Positions 18,873 to 27,610 of a stretch of 64,000 nucleotides of DNA are shown piece after piece (positions within the stretch are counted from its first letter, which is position 1; each line of letters opens with the position of its first letter). Both the position numbers and the translations under genes were made by a program. The DNA is from an uncultured Candidatus Binatia bacterium (lineage in GTDB: Bacteria; Desulfobacterota; Binatia; UBA9968; JAJDTQ01): assembly GCA_965242525.1 (NCBI GenBank), contig OZ251459.1, forward strand, positions 1,472,001 to 1,536,000, given 5' to 3'. Below the pieces are notes generated by a model. That model was not told the DNA's origin and made no database searches. It worked only from the letters and a program-made list of their open reading frames with translations.

Positions 18873-19330
18873 TGCAAAAGCTCTTCCATCTTCCGAGCGA
18901 ACTTCCTGGCGTTGTCGAAATACTCCGTAATTCGCCCAACGCTGATGTTTGCGAAGCGTCCATGGGCAATCCGGTTCCGAAGTCCTACGATACTGTTCAC
19001 GCTCTCGCTGATGTTCTCGTCAACGAAATCGCGGAGATCATCAGCGATGTCGCTGTCGAGTCTTTGCACCAGATTCAGTATGTTGTCCATACTCGGGTTC
19101 GGAAACCGATCCAGGCTTCGGCTCACAAAGTTGACAACCTTCGGATTCGCCCGCTTTCTCGTATATTCCAGCACTGCGCCTCGACACATGGCTTCCAGGT
19201 AGCCCGAAGCCCATATCGTCATGAGCTGGGCAAGCCACACTTTATTTTCCTCCGACAGTTGCGGGGAAGCAGCATCATTGCGCGCGGAATCGATAGCCGT
19301 TTCCAAGCGCCTGCTGTCCTGAAAACTCAT
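18869..19330 (-). CDS. HEPN-domain protein (MAE_28990/RiboL-PSP-like)
   Basis: SGYLE N-terminal motif, NPS, and RNRIAHG (Rx4H) catalytic motif. Confidence 0.8.
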   Translation of the reverse strand: MSFQDSRRLETAIDSARNDAASPQLSEENKVWLAQLMTIWASGYLEAMCRGAVLEYTRKRANPKVVNFVSRSLDRFPNPSMDNILNLVQRLDSDIADDLRDFVDENISESVNSIVGLRNRIAHGRFANISVGRITEYFDNARKFARKMEELLQ

Positions 19331-20433
19331 TCGACCGCCTCATATTCGGCGCGGGCAAGCTCGATCCGTCTGTTGACTCGTTCCTTGCTGGTAGTCCCGG
19401 TGGTGTACAATTCTTCCTTCCTCAGACCTTCCAACAACCGCTCATGCGCAACCCGTAAACCTTCCCGATCTTGGATCGGGCCGGATTCCAGACGGTGAGC
19501 GAGCCCTACCAGCACTGCCTCGGCGACGGAAACATTGAGGTTTCTCTCGGGGCGAAAGGCTTTCGGTCCGAGAATCCTGGCCGCCGTTGTGATGGTGTTC
19601 TCGAATCCTTGACGAAACCGACCTATCAGCTCATCATCCATGTTCTTGTGATCTTCCATGAATTCATTCAGAAATTGCTTCATCGGGCGCTTATACTTCT
19701 CTTGTGCATGATAGAGTGCAAAGAAGCGCAAAAGGATCTCTTCGTCCTTCTTTCTCTCACTACTCAGGCCATATATCTTCTTCCAATTGGGGTTATCCGC
19801 AAGTTCCGATAGGAGGTCGTTGAAGTTTCCCAGGTACACACAAGCACGGATTTCTTGAGGTTGCAGCGGAGTTCCGCCGGTATTCAAGCGCTCGAAGATG
19901 GAGTAAACGGAACCTCGGTTGTCGTCTGGTTTATCTTGTCGGAAGATGGTTGCATGCAGCAAGAATTCGTTGAATTCGCGCTGATCGTCATAGGTCAGGT
20001 CCTTGTAGGTTTTCCCCTGGAATTCTCCCGATACGCCGACCAGACGGAACTCGCGTCCACGAAGGATGCCTTCGCGAAAACATTGCAAGGTTCGCAGGCG
20101 TTGTTGGCCGTCCACGACCATGAGTCTCCCCGAATCGGGTTCCCGGAAGAGGAAGATTTCCGGCACCGGAAGTCCGATCAGCAAAGATTCGATGAACCGG
20201 GACGCCTGCGCCTGCGTCCATACGAATTGCCGTTGAAACGGAGGAATGAAGATGTCTTCCCGGTCGAGACGCTCCACCAACTTCTCGACCGGCATGTCGG
20301 CCCCGTAGCTCGTTATGGAGTAGCGGACGATCCCTTCAAGCTCTTCATCGCCATCCTGTGGATCTTCGATCCCGCCTTCCGGGAGTCCGTCTTCCAGAAC
20401 CGCTGTCCCATCTTTCTGCTCGTACTGTTTCAT
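19327..20433 (-). CDS. DUF262 (ParB-like) domain protein
   Basis: IPPFQRQFVW, FIESLLIGLPVP, VVDGQQRL and IFERLNTGG motifs; start MKQYEQ. Confidence 0.9.
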   Translation of the reverse strand: MKQYEQKDGTAVLEDGLPEGGIEDPQDGDEELEGIVRYSITSYGADMPVEKLVERLDREDIFIPPFQRQFVWTQAQASRFIESLLIGLPVPEIFLFREPDSGRLMVVDGQQRLRTLQCFREGILRGREFRLVGVSGEFQGKTYKDLTYDDQREFNEFLLHATIFRQDKPDDNRGSVYSIFERLNTGGTPLQPQEIRACVYLGNFNDLLSELADNPNWKKIYGLSSERKKDEEILLRFFALYHAQEKYKRPMKQFLNEFMEDHKNMDDELIGRFRQGFENTITTAARILGPKAFRPERNLNVSVAEAVLVGLAHRLESGPIQDREGLRVAHERLLEGLRKEELYTTGTTSKERVNRRIELARAEYEAVE

Positions 20434-20588
20434 GTCGTCCCTCGTCTTCCAGAACCGTTCCGGCGCCTTGCCACGGTCGTCGGGGAACGGCCGCTCCTGG
20501 CAACTCCACCGCGTCAGTCGAATCGCCATGCTCTCCGGTCGGAAGTTTAACGAAGGGGTCCCGCACATGCAACGAACGGTCTCCCCTT

Positions 20589-23500
20589 TCACCCGCGCTC
20601 CGCGGCCTCCGCGAGGGCCTTGGCGGAGATGGCGTAGGTTGCGGAGTCGCGGCGGGAGGCCAGGAGTTTGGCGAAGGGGTCCTGCACCCGCAGCAGCCTG
20701 GGCGCGGGGGTGGCGCAGTCGAGGACCACGTAGAGCCAGTAGCGGGCGTTCAGGTGGCACGCCTGCTTCCACTCGTTGACCTCCATCCGGATGTTGCCCT
20801 GCCCCGCCCGGCCCTTGACTTCGACGTTCCGCACCTCGCCGTCGGGACGGGTGGAGAGCAGGTCGAAGCCGGGCCAGTCGGGCAGGCCGGCTCCGCGGGC
20901 GAGCTCGGGGCGGGAGACGTCGCGCACTTCCGCGCCGTGTTCGCGCTCCCAGGCCAGGGCGATGCCCACCGCGACCTCCTCCACCCGGGCGTCGTGGCGT
21001 TCGGTCTCCCCGGCGTCGTCCGCGGGCACCACCAGGGCGTGAGCAAGGAAGCGCACGCCGCCGGGGACGATGCGGCCGGGGTCGGCGTCGAGCCCGGCGA
21101 GGGCGCGCTCTTTCTCCGCGGCGAGGGTCCGCTGCTCTTGTCGGACCTCGTCCATGGCGTCGCCCGATTCCCCCGCGGCGCCCAGTTTCGTGCGGTGCTG
21201 GGCCAACGCCGCGGCGCGCAGGTCGAACCCGACCCCGGTCCGGCGGCGCTGGTCCGGCAGGCGGGCGCGCGCCGCGTCCCTGTGCCCGGCCACCAGCCGT
21301 TGCAGCACCTGCCCCTCTGCGAAGTCCGCGGCTTCGGTCCTCATGTGGATGGCGCGAGCCGCCAGCGGCACCGCGCCGGGAAAGACCTGCGGCGCCCCGC
21401 CCAGCAACAGCAGTCGCTCCACCGGGCACTCGGCCACGCCGTCCGGGTCCTGGCGCAACCCCAGCAGCCGCCGTTCGACGATTTGGCGTTCACGGGGCTC
21501 GGCCGGTCCCTCGGGCCGGCCAGGGGCTTCCGTCCGCCCGTCGGTTCCGTCCGAGGCGCCGAGGCGTAGTCCGACCCCCGGTCCGCCCGCGGCTTTCGTC
21601 CGTCCGTCGGCCTGGTCCAGAGGCTCGGCCCCAACGTCGGTTCGGCCCGCGTCCTCCGCCTCGAACAACTCCGGCTGTTGCGGCGCGTCCGGCGCAGGCT
21701 CCGGCTCCCGTTCGACCGAGGTTTCGGCCAAGTGGAAGAAGTAGGGGGCGTCGGCCCTGGGGTCCGTGAAGATGGCGCCGCGCAAGGCGTCGCGGCCGAA
21801 CCTCGTCAGCACCAAGTCGGAAAGCGCATCGAACACGGGCTCCCCCGGGTGCAGCCAGATGCAGGGGGCGTCGGACTCGATGGCCGACCCCCGCATGGTC
21901 TCGGGGCGGCGCGCGCACAGGCGCTCCCGGGCCGGCGCCGGGTAGCTTTCGAGTGCGGCAAGGAGCGGGTCCGGAGCGCCTGCATGGCCGGGGACCAGGG
22001 AGAAGAAGCCGTCCAGGTCGCCGCGCACCTCCAGGCCGAACATGTCCGCGGCCTTTTCCACGAAGCGCCGCACGTAGCCGGGCAGGAGTCGCAGGTAGCT
22101 TTCGTGCTCCATCTCGTCCCGGAGCTCGTCGAGGCGCTCGGCCACCTCTCCCCGAGCGCCGTACACCTGCCGTTCCCGCTCGTCCAGGCCGCGCACCCGC
22201 TCCGGGGTGAGGGCGCTCTCGATGCGCTCCACCACGCGCCGCTCGCCCTCGTCCGTAAGCGCTTCGATCATGTACTCCCGCAACGAGACGTTCTCGAACA
22301 GGCGTCCCACCACGTCGAACACCTTGTCGGACCGGAGTTCCGCGCGGATGGCGTCGAGCTTTTCGAGCAGCACTTGCAGCACCCGCCCCTCGTGGGCGCC
22401 GCCCGCCACCAGGTTGACGATGCGCACGTCGTGCTTCTGGCCGTAGCGATGGATGCGGCCCATGCGCTGCTCGAGCCGCGCCGGGTTCCAGGGGGCGTCG
22501 TAGTTCACCATCAGGCGGCAGAACTGGAGGTTGATGCCCTCCCCCGCGGCGTCGGTGGCCACCAGGTAGCGGGCGCCGTCCGGGCGTCGGAAGCGCTCCA
22601 CCTGGGCCTCGCGCTCGGGCCAAGCCATGCCGCCGTGGATCTGCGCGAGCTTCCCGGAGAAGCCGATCCCCTCCAGGCGGCGGACCAGGTAGTCCAGGGT
22701 GTCCCGGTGCTCGGTGAAGACCAGCCACTTCTCGCCTGCCTGGCGCGGGTCTTCGAGCACCTCGCGCAGCTTCTCGAACTTGGATTCGCGGCCCGATTCG
22801 TGGAGCCGGCGCGCCCGCGCGCCCAAGGCCCGGAGCTGGTGGATCTCCTGCCGCAACTCCTCGACCGTGACCGCGACCAGCGCCCCGAGCACCGCGTCTT
22901 CGTATTCCTCGTTCCTCTCGCCGCGGTCGTCCAGGGCGTCCTCGTCGGCGCCGTAGGTGTCGAAGAAATCGCTCCGGTGCCGGCCGTCGAGCCCGCTCTG
23001 CCGGCGCTGCAACTCCGCCGCGTCCACGCGCCCGGACTGCAAGTCCTCGATGGCGCGCTGGAGCTTCTCGACCCGGCGTTCGAACGAGCGCCACAGGGCC
23101 CAGGTGGAGCTGGCCAGCCGCCGCTGGAACACGCTCATGGCCAGCCGCACCGCGGGGCGGTCGTCCAGGGCGCGTCCGTAGGCCCGGCGGAGGTAGGCGG
23201 TGGTCTCGTCGTAGAGGGCCTGTTCGCCGTCCGGGCCGGGGCTCAGGTCGTAGCTGAATGTGTCGCACGCGCGCCGCGGGTAGAGGGGCCTTCCGTCCAG
23301 GCCCACCATCTCTTCCTTGGTGCGGCGGATGAAGTGCCGCCGGCGCTCCTCCCGCGGGAAGCGGCGGAGGGCCTCGTCGGTGGAGAAGACCCGGGCGTCC
23401 AGCAGCCGCCAGAGATGGCGCCACGGCGAGTCCTTGCCCATGTGCGGAGTGGCGGTGAGCAGCAGCAGGTGCCGCGCCGCCCAGCCCAGGCCGGCGAACC

Positions 23501-24140
23501 GGCTCGAGGGAGAGGCGCAGCCGGCCAGCGCTTCCGCCAACTCGTAGCGCCGGGTCTTGCGCACCCGGTGTTCGTCGGCCTCGGCCGCCAGCTTGTGGGC
23601 CTCGTCGAAGACCGCGAGGTCGTAGGGCGGCGTGCCGGCCTCGCGCAGCGCCTCGAACGTCCGCTCGCCGGTGAGGGTGTCCAGGGACACGATCACCCGG
23701 TCGCTCCCCGGCCCCCGGAACGGGACGCCGGTCCGCGCGTCGGCGCCGGTGACGATGCGGAACGACAGGCGGAACAGGGTGCGGAGCTCCCGCTCCCAGT
23801 TCCCCACCAGGCCCGCGGGCGGGACCACCAGCACCCGGCGGATGCGTCCCCGCGACAGCATCTCGCGCACGTACAGGCCGGTCATGACGGTCTTCCCGGC
23901 CCCGGCGTCGTCGGCCAGCAGGAAGCGCAGCGGGTCCTGGTCGAGCATCCGTTCGTAAACCGCGATGCGCTGGTGCGGCAGCAGGTCGATGCGCGAGGTC
24001 TCGCTGGCGAACGCGGGGTTGAACTGGTGCCCGTGGGCCAGCCGCAATGCCTCCGCCACCGCGGAGAACGCAGCCGGGGCGCTGGCGAAATCCAGGGCCG
24101 GCGGGGCCGAAGGGACGGTGGACGCAGGGCGGGGGGTCAC
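20589..24140 (-). CDS. SNF2-family helicase with C-terminal DUF3883 (PD-(D/E)xK) domain
   Basis: LLPHQ, LLADDAGAGKT, DEAH, LTATPH, TDAAGEGINLQ, LEQRMGRIHRYGQ; C-terminal GFDLLS..EVKGR. Confidence 0.92.
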   Translation of the reverse strand: MTPRPASTVPSAPPALDFASAPAAFSAVAEALRLAHGHQFNPAFASETSRIDLLPHQRIAVYERMLDQDPLRFLLADDAGAGKTVMTGLYVREMLSRGRIRRVLVVPPAGLVGNWERELRTLFRLSFRIVTGADARTGVPFRGPGSDRVIVSLDTLTGERTFEALREAGTPPYDLAVFDEAHKLAAEADEHRVRKTRRYELAEALAGCASPSSRFAGLGWAARHLLLLTATPHMGKDSPWRHLWRLLDARVFSTDEALRRFPREERRRHFIRRTKEEMVGLDGRPLYPRRACDTFSYDLSPGPDGEQALYDETTAYLRRAYGRALDDRPAVRLAMSVFQRRLASSTWALWRSFERRVEKLQRAIEDLQSGRVDAAELQRRQSGLDGRHRSDFFDTYGADEDALDDRGERNEEYEDAVLGALVAVTVEELRQEIHQLRALGARARRLHESGRESKFEKLREVLEDPRQAGEKWLVFTEHRDTLDYLVRRLEGIGFSGKLAQIHGGMAWPEREAQVERFRRPDGARYLVATDAAGEGINLQFCRLMVNYDAPWNPARLEQRMGRIHRYGQKHDVRIVNLVAGGAHEGRVLQVLLEKLDAIRAELRSDKVFDVVGRLFENVSLREYMIEALTDEGERRVVERIESALTPERVRGLDERERQVYGARGEVAERLDELRDEMEHESYLRLLPGYVRRFVEKAADMFGLEVRGDLDGFFSLVPGHAGAPDPLLAALESYPAPARERLCARRPETMRGSAIESDAPCIWLHPGEPVFDALSDLVLTRFGRDALRGAIFTDPRADAPYFFHLAETSVEREPEPAPDAPQQPELFEAEDAGRTDVGAEPLDQADGRTKAAGGPGVGLRLGASDGTDGRTEAPGRPEGPAEPRERQIVERRLLGLRQDPDGVAECPVERLLLLGGAPQVFPGAVPLAARAIHMRTEAADFAEGQVLQRLVAGHRDAARARLPDQRRRTGVGFDLRAAALAQHRTKLGAAGESGDAMDEVRQEQRTLAAEKERALAGLDADPGRIVPGGVRFLAHALVVPADDAGETERHDARVEEVAVGIALAWEREHGAEVRDVSRPELARGAGLPDWPGFDLLSTRPDGEVRNVEVKGRAGQGNIRMEVNEWKQACHLNARYWLYVVLDCATPAPRLLRVQDPFAKLLASRRDSATYAISAKALAEAAERG

Positions 24141-25648
24141 CTGCCCATGCTCCGGGTCAGCGCGTGATGGGCCTGGGCGGACACCGCCATCAGGAAGAGG
24201 TCCAGGGGCAGGGTTCCCGGGGTGGACTCGTCGGGGTGGAGGGTGGACGCCTGGGGGGCCACTAGGTAGCAGGCGCCGCGGAATTGCGGGTGGCGTTCCA
24301 TGAGGGCGTGCAAGCCCGAGCGGGCGTGTCCCGGGGACGAAGCGACCTCGAAGGCCAGGGGACGCCCCGGGTGGTTGAAGACCAAATCCACCTCGTCCCT
24401 GCCTTCACGCCAGTAATGCAGACGGACCCCCGACCGGACGGCCAGGGAATACAGGGACGAAGCCGCCAAGTTCTCCAACAGGGACCCCATCTCCACGAGG
24501 TCCTCCAGGAGCGCCGGACCCCGCTGCAAGGCAGCGTTGCGAACCGCGCCGTCCAGGAAGAAGAGCTTGCGGCCCCGCTTCTGGACCGTGGCTTCACGAC
24601 CGGAGAAGTTCGGCAGGGTGAACACCAGGAAAGCGCTCTCCAGGTAGGAGAGGTAGCTGTCGAACGTGGGTTGGGACATCCCGAGTTCCTTGCAGACGTT
24701 GGTGGGGGAAAGGACCCCGGTCATCTGCCCGGCAAGGACGTAGAGCAACCGTTCCAGCATCAGCGGGTTGCCTACCCCGAAGGACTGGGGGATGTCCTTG
24801 TAAACGGCCCGTTCCACCGCGTCGCTGCGCAGCACCTGTTGGGACCGGAGCAACCGGTCCCGTTCATCGTCCCCGGGGCCGCGCCGGGCGGGGTCGAGGA
24901 GCTCGGGGAAACCGCCGGTGAGCATCAGGCTCTTGCGCCCGTCCGCGGCCTCCCGGGGAGCGCGCTCGCCTCGCCGCAGGGCCCGCAACGTCTCGGCAAG
25001 GGTATCGCCCGTGTGGGTCTCGTGGGGCTGTCCGATGAGGTCCAGGTACTCGGTCAACAGGTAGGGGGTGAGGTACTGGACTTCCCAGCGTCCCACGCCG
25101 CTCTCGTGACGGCGCTTCCGCAGGGCGGCTGTGGCGCTGGAGGTCGCGGCCACCTTCACCGGCCACCGGTCGTCGCAGAAGGTCTTGAGCCAGACGTCCC
25201 AGTCCGCGGCATAGACCAGTTCGTCCAGCATCAGGAAGACGGGCCGGTCGGCCGCGGCGCCGGAGCGGTGCAGCACTTCCCGGGCGAGGTCGCCCAGGCT
25301 CTGCTGCATCAGTAGCGGGTGGTCCATCCGCAGCCACCACACCCGGCGGGGGCTGACGCCTTCGCCCAGCAGGCGGCGGACCGTCTGGTAGAGGACGGTG
25401 GTCTTGCCCACTCGCCTCGGACCCACGATCAACTGGTAGCGCGGCAGCCGCCGGTCCATCAACCGCCGCCACAACAGGGCCGCCAAGGGGCGCTCCGTGG
25501 GCGGGGCGGAGACGGCATCGACACGGCCGGTCTCGTGCCACGGGTTCTGCTCGTCGAACACCCGCTCCAGGTCCCGTGAGCGGGAGGCGGGAATAACCAA
25601 GGTCTCCTCCCCGGGATTTATGCTAACCGCCGAATAACATAAAGGCAA
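24137..25648 (-). CDS. AAA_14 ATPase with DUF4143 domain (start uncertain)
   Basis: QNPW, GPRRVGKTT, LMLDE, TGGFPE, ENL and EVDLV motifs; stop overlaps the helicase GTG. Confidence 0.85.
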   Translation of the reverse strand: MPLCYSAVSINPGEETLVIPASRSRDLERVFDEQNPWHETGRVDAVSAPPTERPLAALLWRRLMDRRLPRYQLIVGPRRVGKTTVLYQTVRRLLGEGVSPRRVWWLRMDHPLLMQQSLGDLAREVLHRSGAAADRPVFLMLDELVYAADWDVWLKTFCDDRWPVKVAATSSATAALRKRRHESGVGRWEVQYLTPYLLTEYLDLIGQPHETHTGDTLAETLRALRRGERAPREAADGRKSLMLTGGFPELLDPARRGPGDDERDRLLRSQQVLRSDAVERAVYKDIPQSFGVGNPLMLERLLYVLAGQMTGVLSPTNVCKELGMSQPTFDSYLSYLESAFLVFTLPNFSGREATVQKRGRKLFFLDGAVRNAALQRGPALLEDLVEMGSLLENLAASSLYSLAVRSGVRLHYWREGRDEVDLVFNHPGRPLAFEVASSPGHARSGLHALMERHPQFRGACYLVAPQASTLHPDESTPGTLPLDLFLMAVSAQAHHALTRSMGR

Positions 25649-25694
25649 ACTACCTTATTCGACAGATAGCATAAACGACCGGGAGAAAACAGGG

Positions 25695-27524
25695 TTAACC
25701 CTTCTTTTTCGCCATGCCGGCCCGCTGGTCCACGCCGGTCTCGGCGTATCCGGGCTCCACCAGGGCGTCGATGACGTAGCGGCCTCCCTTGGCCACGGCG
25801 CGGGCGCCGCGCTCCAGGGCGGCGGCCAGCTCCTCGGACGTGGAAACCGGCGCCTCCCCGTCGAAGCCCTGGGCCCGGCCCATGGCGATGAGGTCCACCG
25901 GCGGGTCGTCCAGCCGCTGTCCGATCCAGCGGTTCCGCACCGGCCGCTTGCGCATCAGCGCCACCCGCTCCTGGTGCATCTCGTCGTTGTAGTAGGAACG
26001 GTTGTCCGCGATGACCACCAGCAGCGGCAGGTCCATGTGGGTGGCGGTCCAGAGGGCGTTGCAGCCCATGAGGTAGTCCCCGTCGCCCAGGACTCCCACC
26101 ACCAACCGGCCCTTGCCCTTGAGGGCCAGGGCGGTCCCCACCGAGTGGCCGGGTCCGCTGCCCACGCCGCCGCCGCCGTCGTTGCCCATGAACGACAGCG
26201 GGCCGGAGAACTCGGCGCCCTCGCCGGGCCAGCCGATGGGCAGGCGGGCGAAGGTGACGGGCTTGCCGCGGGCGAACTCCCGCACCGTCAGCGCCATGTC
26301 CGTGAGGGTCATGGGAGCGCCCTTCCTCGGCTGCGCCCGGCCCGTGGGCGTGCGGGTCCAATGGGTGAGTTTCGCCAGGCCCGCGGCCGCGGGGCGCTTG
26401 CGCCCGAAACCGTCCAGCAGTTGCGCCACCAGCGTGTCCGGGCACGCCGCCACCGGCACGTCCACCGCGGGCAGGGCCTGGTGGTCCATGCTCCAGCCGT
26501 TGGTGCGGTAGGTGTCCATGGAACAGTGGACGATGGCCTTGCCGGCCGGCGACTGGGTCTGGGACGCACCGAGGCAGCCCCGGAGGAAGCCCGCCAAGTC
26601 CAGCCAGTCGAGGCTGAGCAGGACGTCGGCCTTCTTCACCAACGCCGCCGCCTGTTTGGAAGGGCGCAGTCCCGGCGGGGCCACGTGCAGCGGATGCGTG
26701 GTCGGGAAGGAGGACGGGTCGTTGGAGCTCGTCAGCACCGGCGCCCCCAAGGCCTCGGCCAACCGCACCCGGCGGTCCCAGTCGGCCTTGCTGCGGGACA
26801 TGCGCCCCATGAGGACCACCGGGAACCTGGCCTTCTTGAGCAGGGTCCGCGCCCGGTTGACGACGGCCGGGGGCGCGCAGGGCGGCGCCGGCGGAGCGAA
26901 CCGCGACGCGTCCGGGATGAGCACTTCCTCCTTGAGCGGCTCCTCCTGGAGACCCACGTCCAGGCAGACGTAAACCGGGCCGAAGGGAGCGGTCCGCGCC
27001 ATCTGGTTGGCCCGCAGGACCGACTCCACCGCGGCCTGCGGCGAGGCCGGCTGGTCGTCCCATTTGGTGTAGTTGCGGATGATGGCGCCCTGGTCCCTGG
27101 CGGTATGGATCCAGTCGATCCACGGACGCCTCTTGTGCGCGTCCACCGGCCCGGTGGCGCCGAACACCACCATGGGGGTGCGGTCGCACCAAGCGTTGAA
27201 CAGGGTCATGGTGGCGTGCATCAGCCCCACGTTGGAGTGCAGCGCCACCGCCATGGGCTCGTCCGTGGCCTTGGCGTACCCGTCCGCGATGGAGACCGCG
27301 TGCTCCTCGTGCAGGCACGTGACCATCTGCGGGTTCTCGTTGCCCAGGTAGTTCACCAGGCTGTCGTGGAAACCCCGGTAGCTGGCGCCCGGCACCAGCG
27401 CGATGTACTTGAGGTCCAGCTCCCGGGCGACCGCGGCCACCACGTCGCTGCCCCAACGCATCTTCGGGCTGCCCAGGTCCTGCGGCCGATGTTTCGATGC
27501 GGTGCTGTCGTTGCGTCTTGCCAC
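25695..27524 (-). CDS. Thiamine diphosphate-binding enzyme (acetolactate synthase-like superfamily)
   Basis: PGASYRGFHDS, LHEEHAV, LHSNVGLMHA and GDGD..N ThDP motifs; GTG start. Confidence 0.88.
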   Translation of the reverse strand: MARRNDSTASKHRPQDLGSPKMRWGSDVVAAVARELDLKYIALVPGASYRGFHDSLVNYLGNENPQMVTCLHEEHAVSIADGYAKATDEPMAVALHSNVGLMHATMTLFNAWCDRTPMVVFGATGPVDAHKRRPWIDWIHTARDQGAIIRNYTKWDDQPASPQAAVESVLRANQMARTAPFGPVYVCLDVGLQEEPLKEEVLIPDASRFAPPAPPCAPPAVVNRARTLLKKARFPVVLMGRMSRSKADWDRRVRLAEALGAPVLTSSNDPSSFPTTHPLHVAPPGLRPSKQAAALVKKADVLLSLDWLDLAGFLRGCLGASQTQSPAGKAIVHCSMDTYRTNGWSMDHQALPAVDVPVAACPDTLVAQLLDGFGRKRPAAAGLAKLTHWTRTPTGRAQPRKGAPMTLTDMALTVREFARGKPVTFARLPIGWPGEGAEFSGPLSFMGNDGGGGVGSGPGHSVGTALALKGKGRLVVGVLGDGDYLMGCNALWTATHMDLPLLVVIADNRSYYNDEMHQERVALMRKRPVRNRWIGQRLDDPPVDLIAMGRAQGFDGEAPVSTSEELAAALERGARAVAKGGRYVIDALVEPGYAETGVDQRAGMAKKKG

Positions 27525-27610
27525 TGTGCGTCCCCCTTGCGTCGCTGAAGTTTTCGCCCCGGCACGGACCCTTCGAACCCCTTTTGGACGTTGCGCGCCT
27601 TGCAGCCCGG

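Noticed and set aside
6098-25648. Defence island as a prophage, ICE or integrative element
   Set aside because: No integrase, phage or conjugation genes, no adjacent tRNA, and no flanking att-like direct repeat seen.
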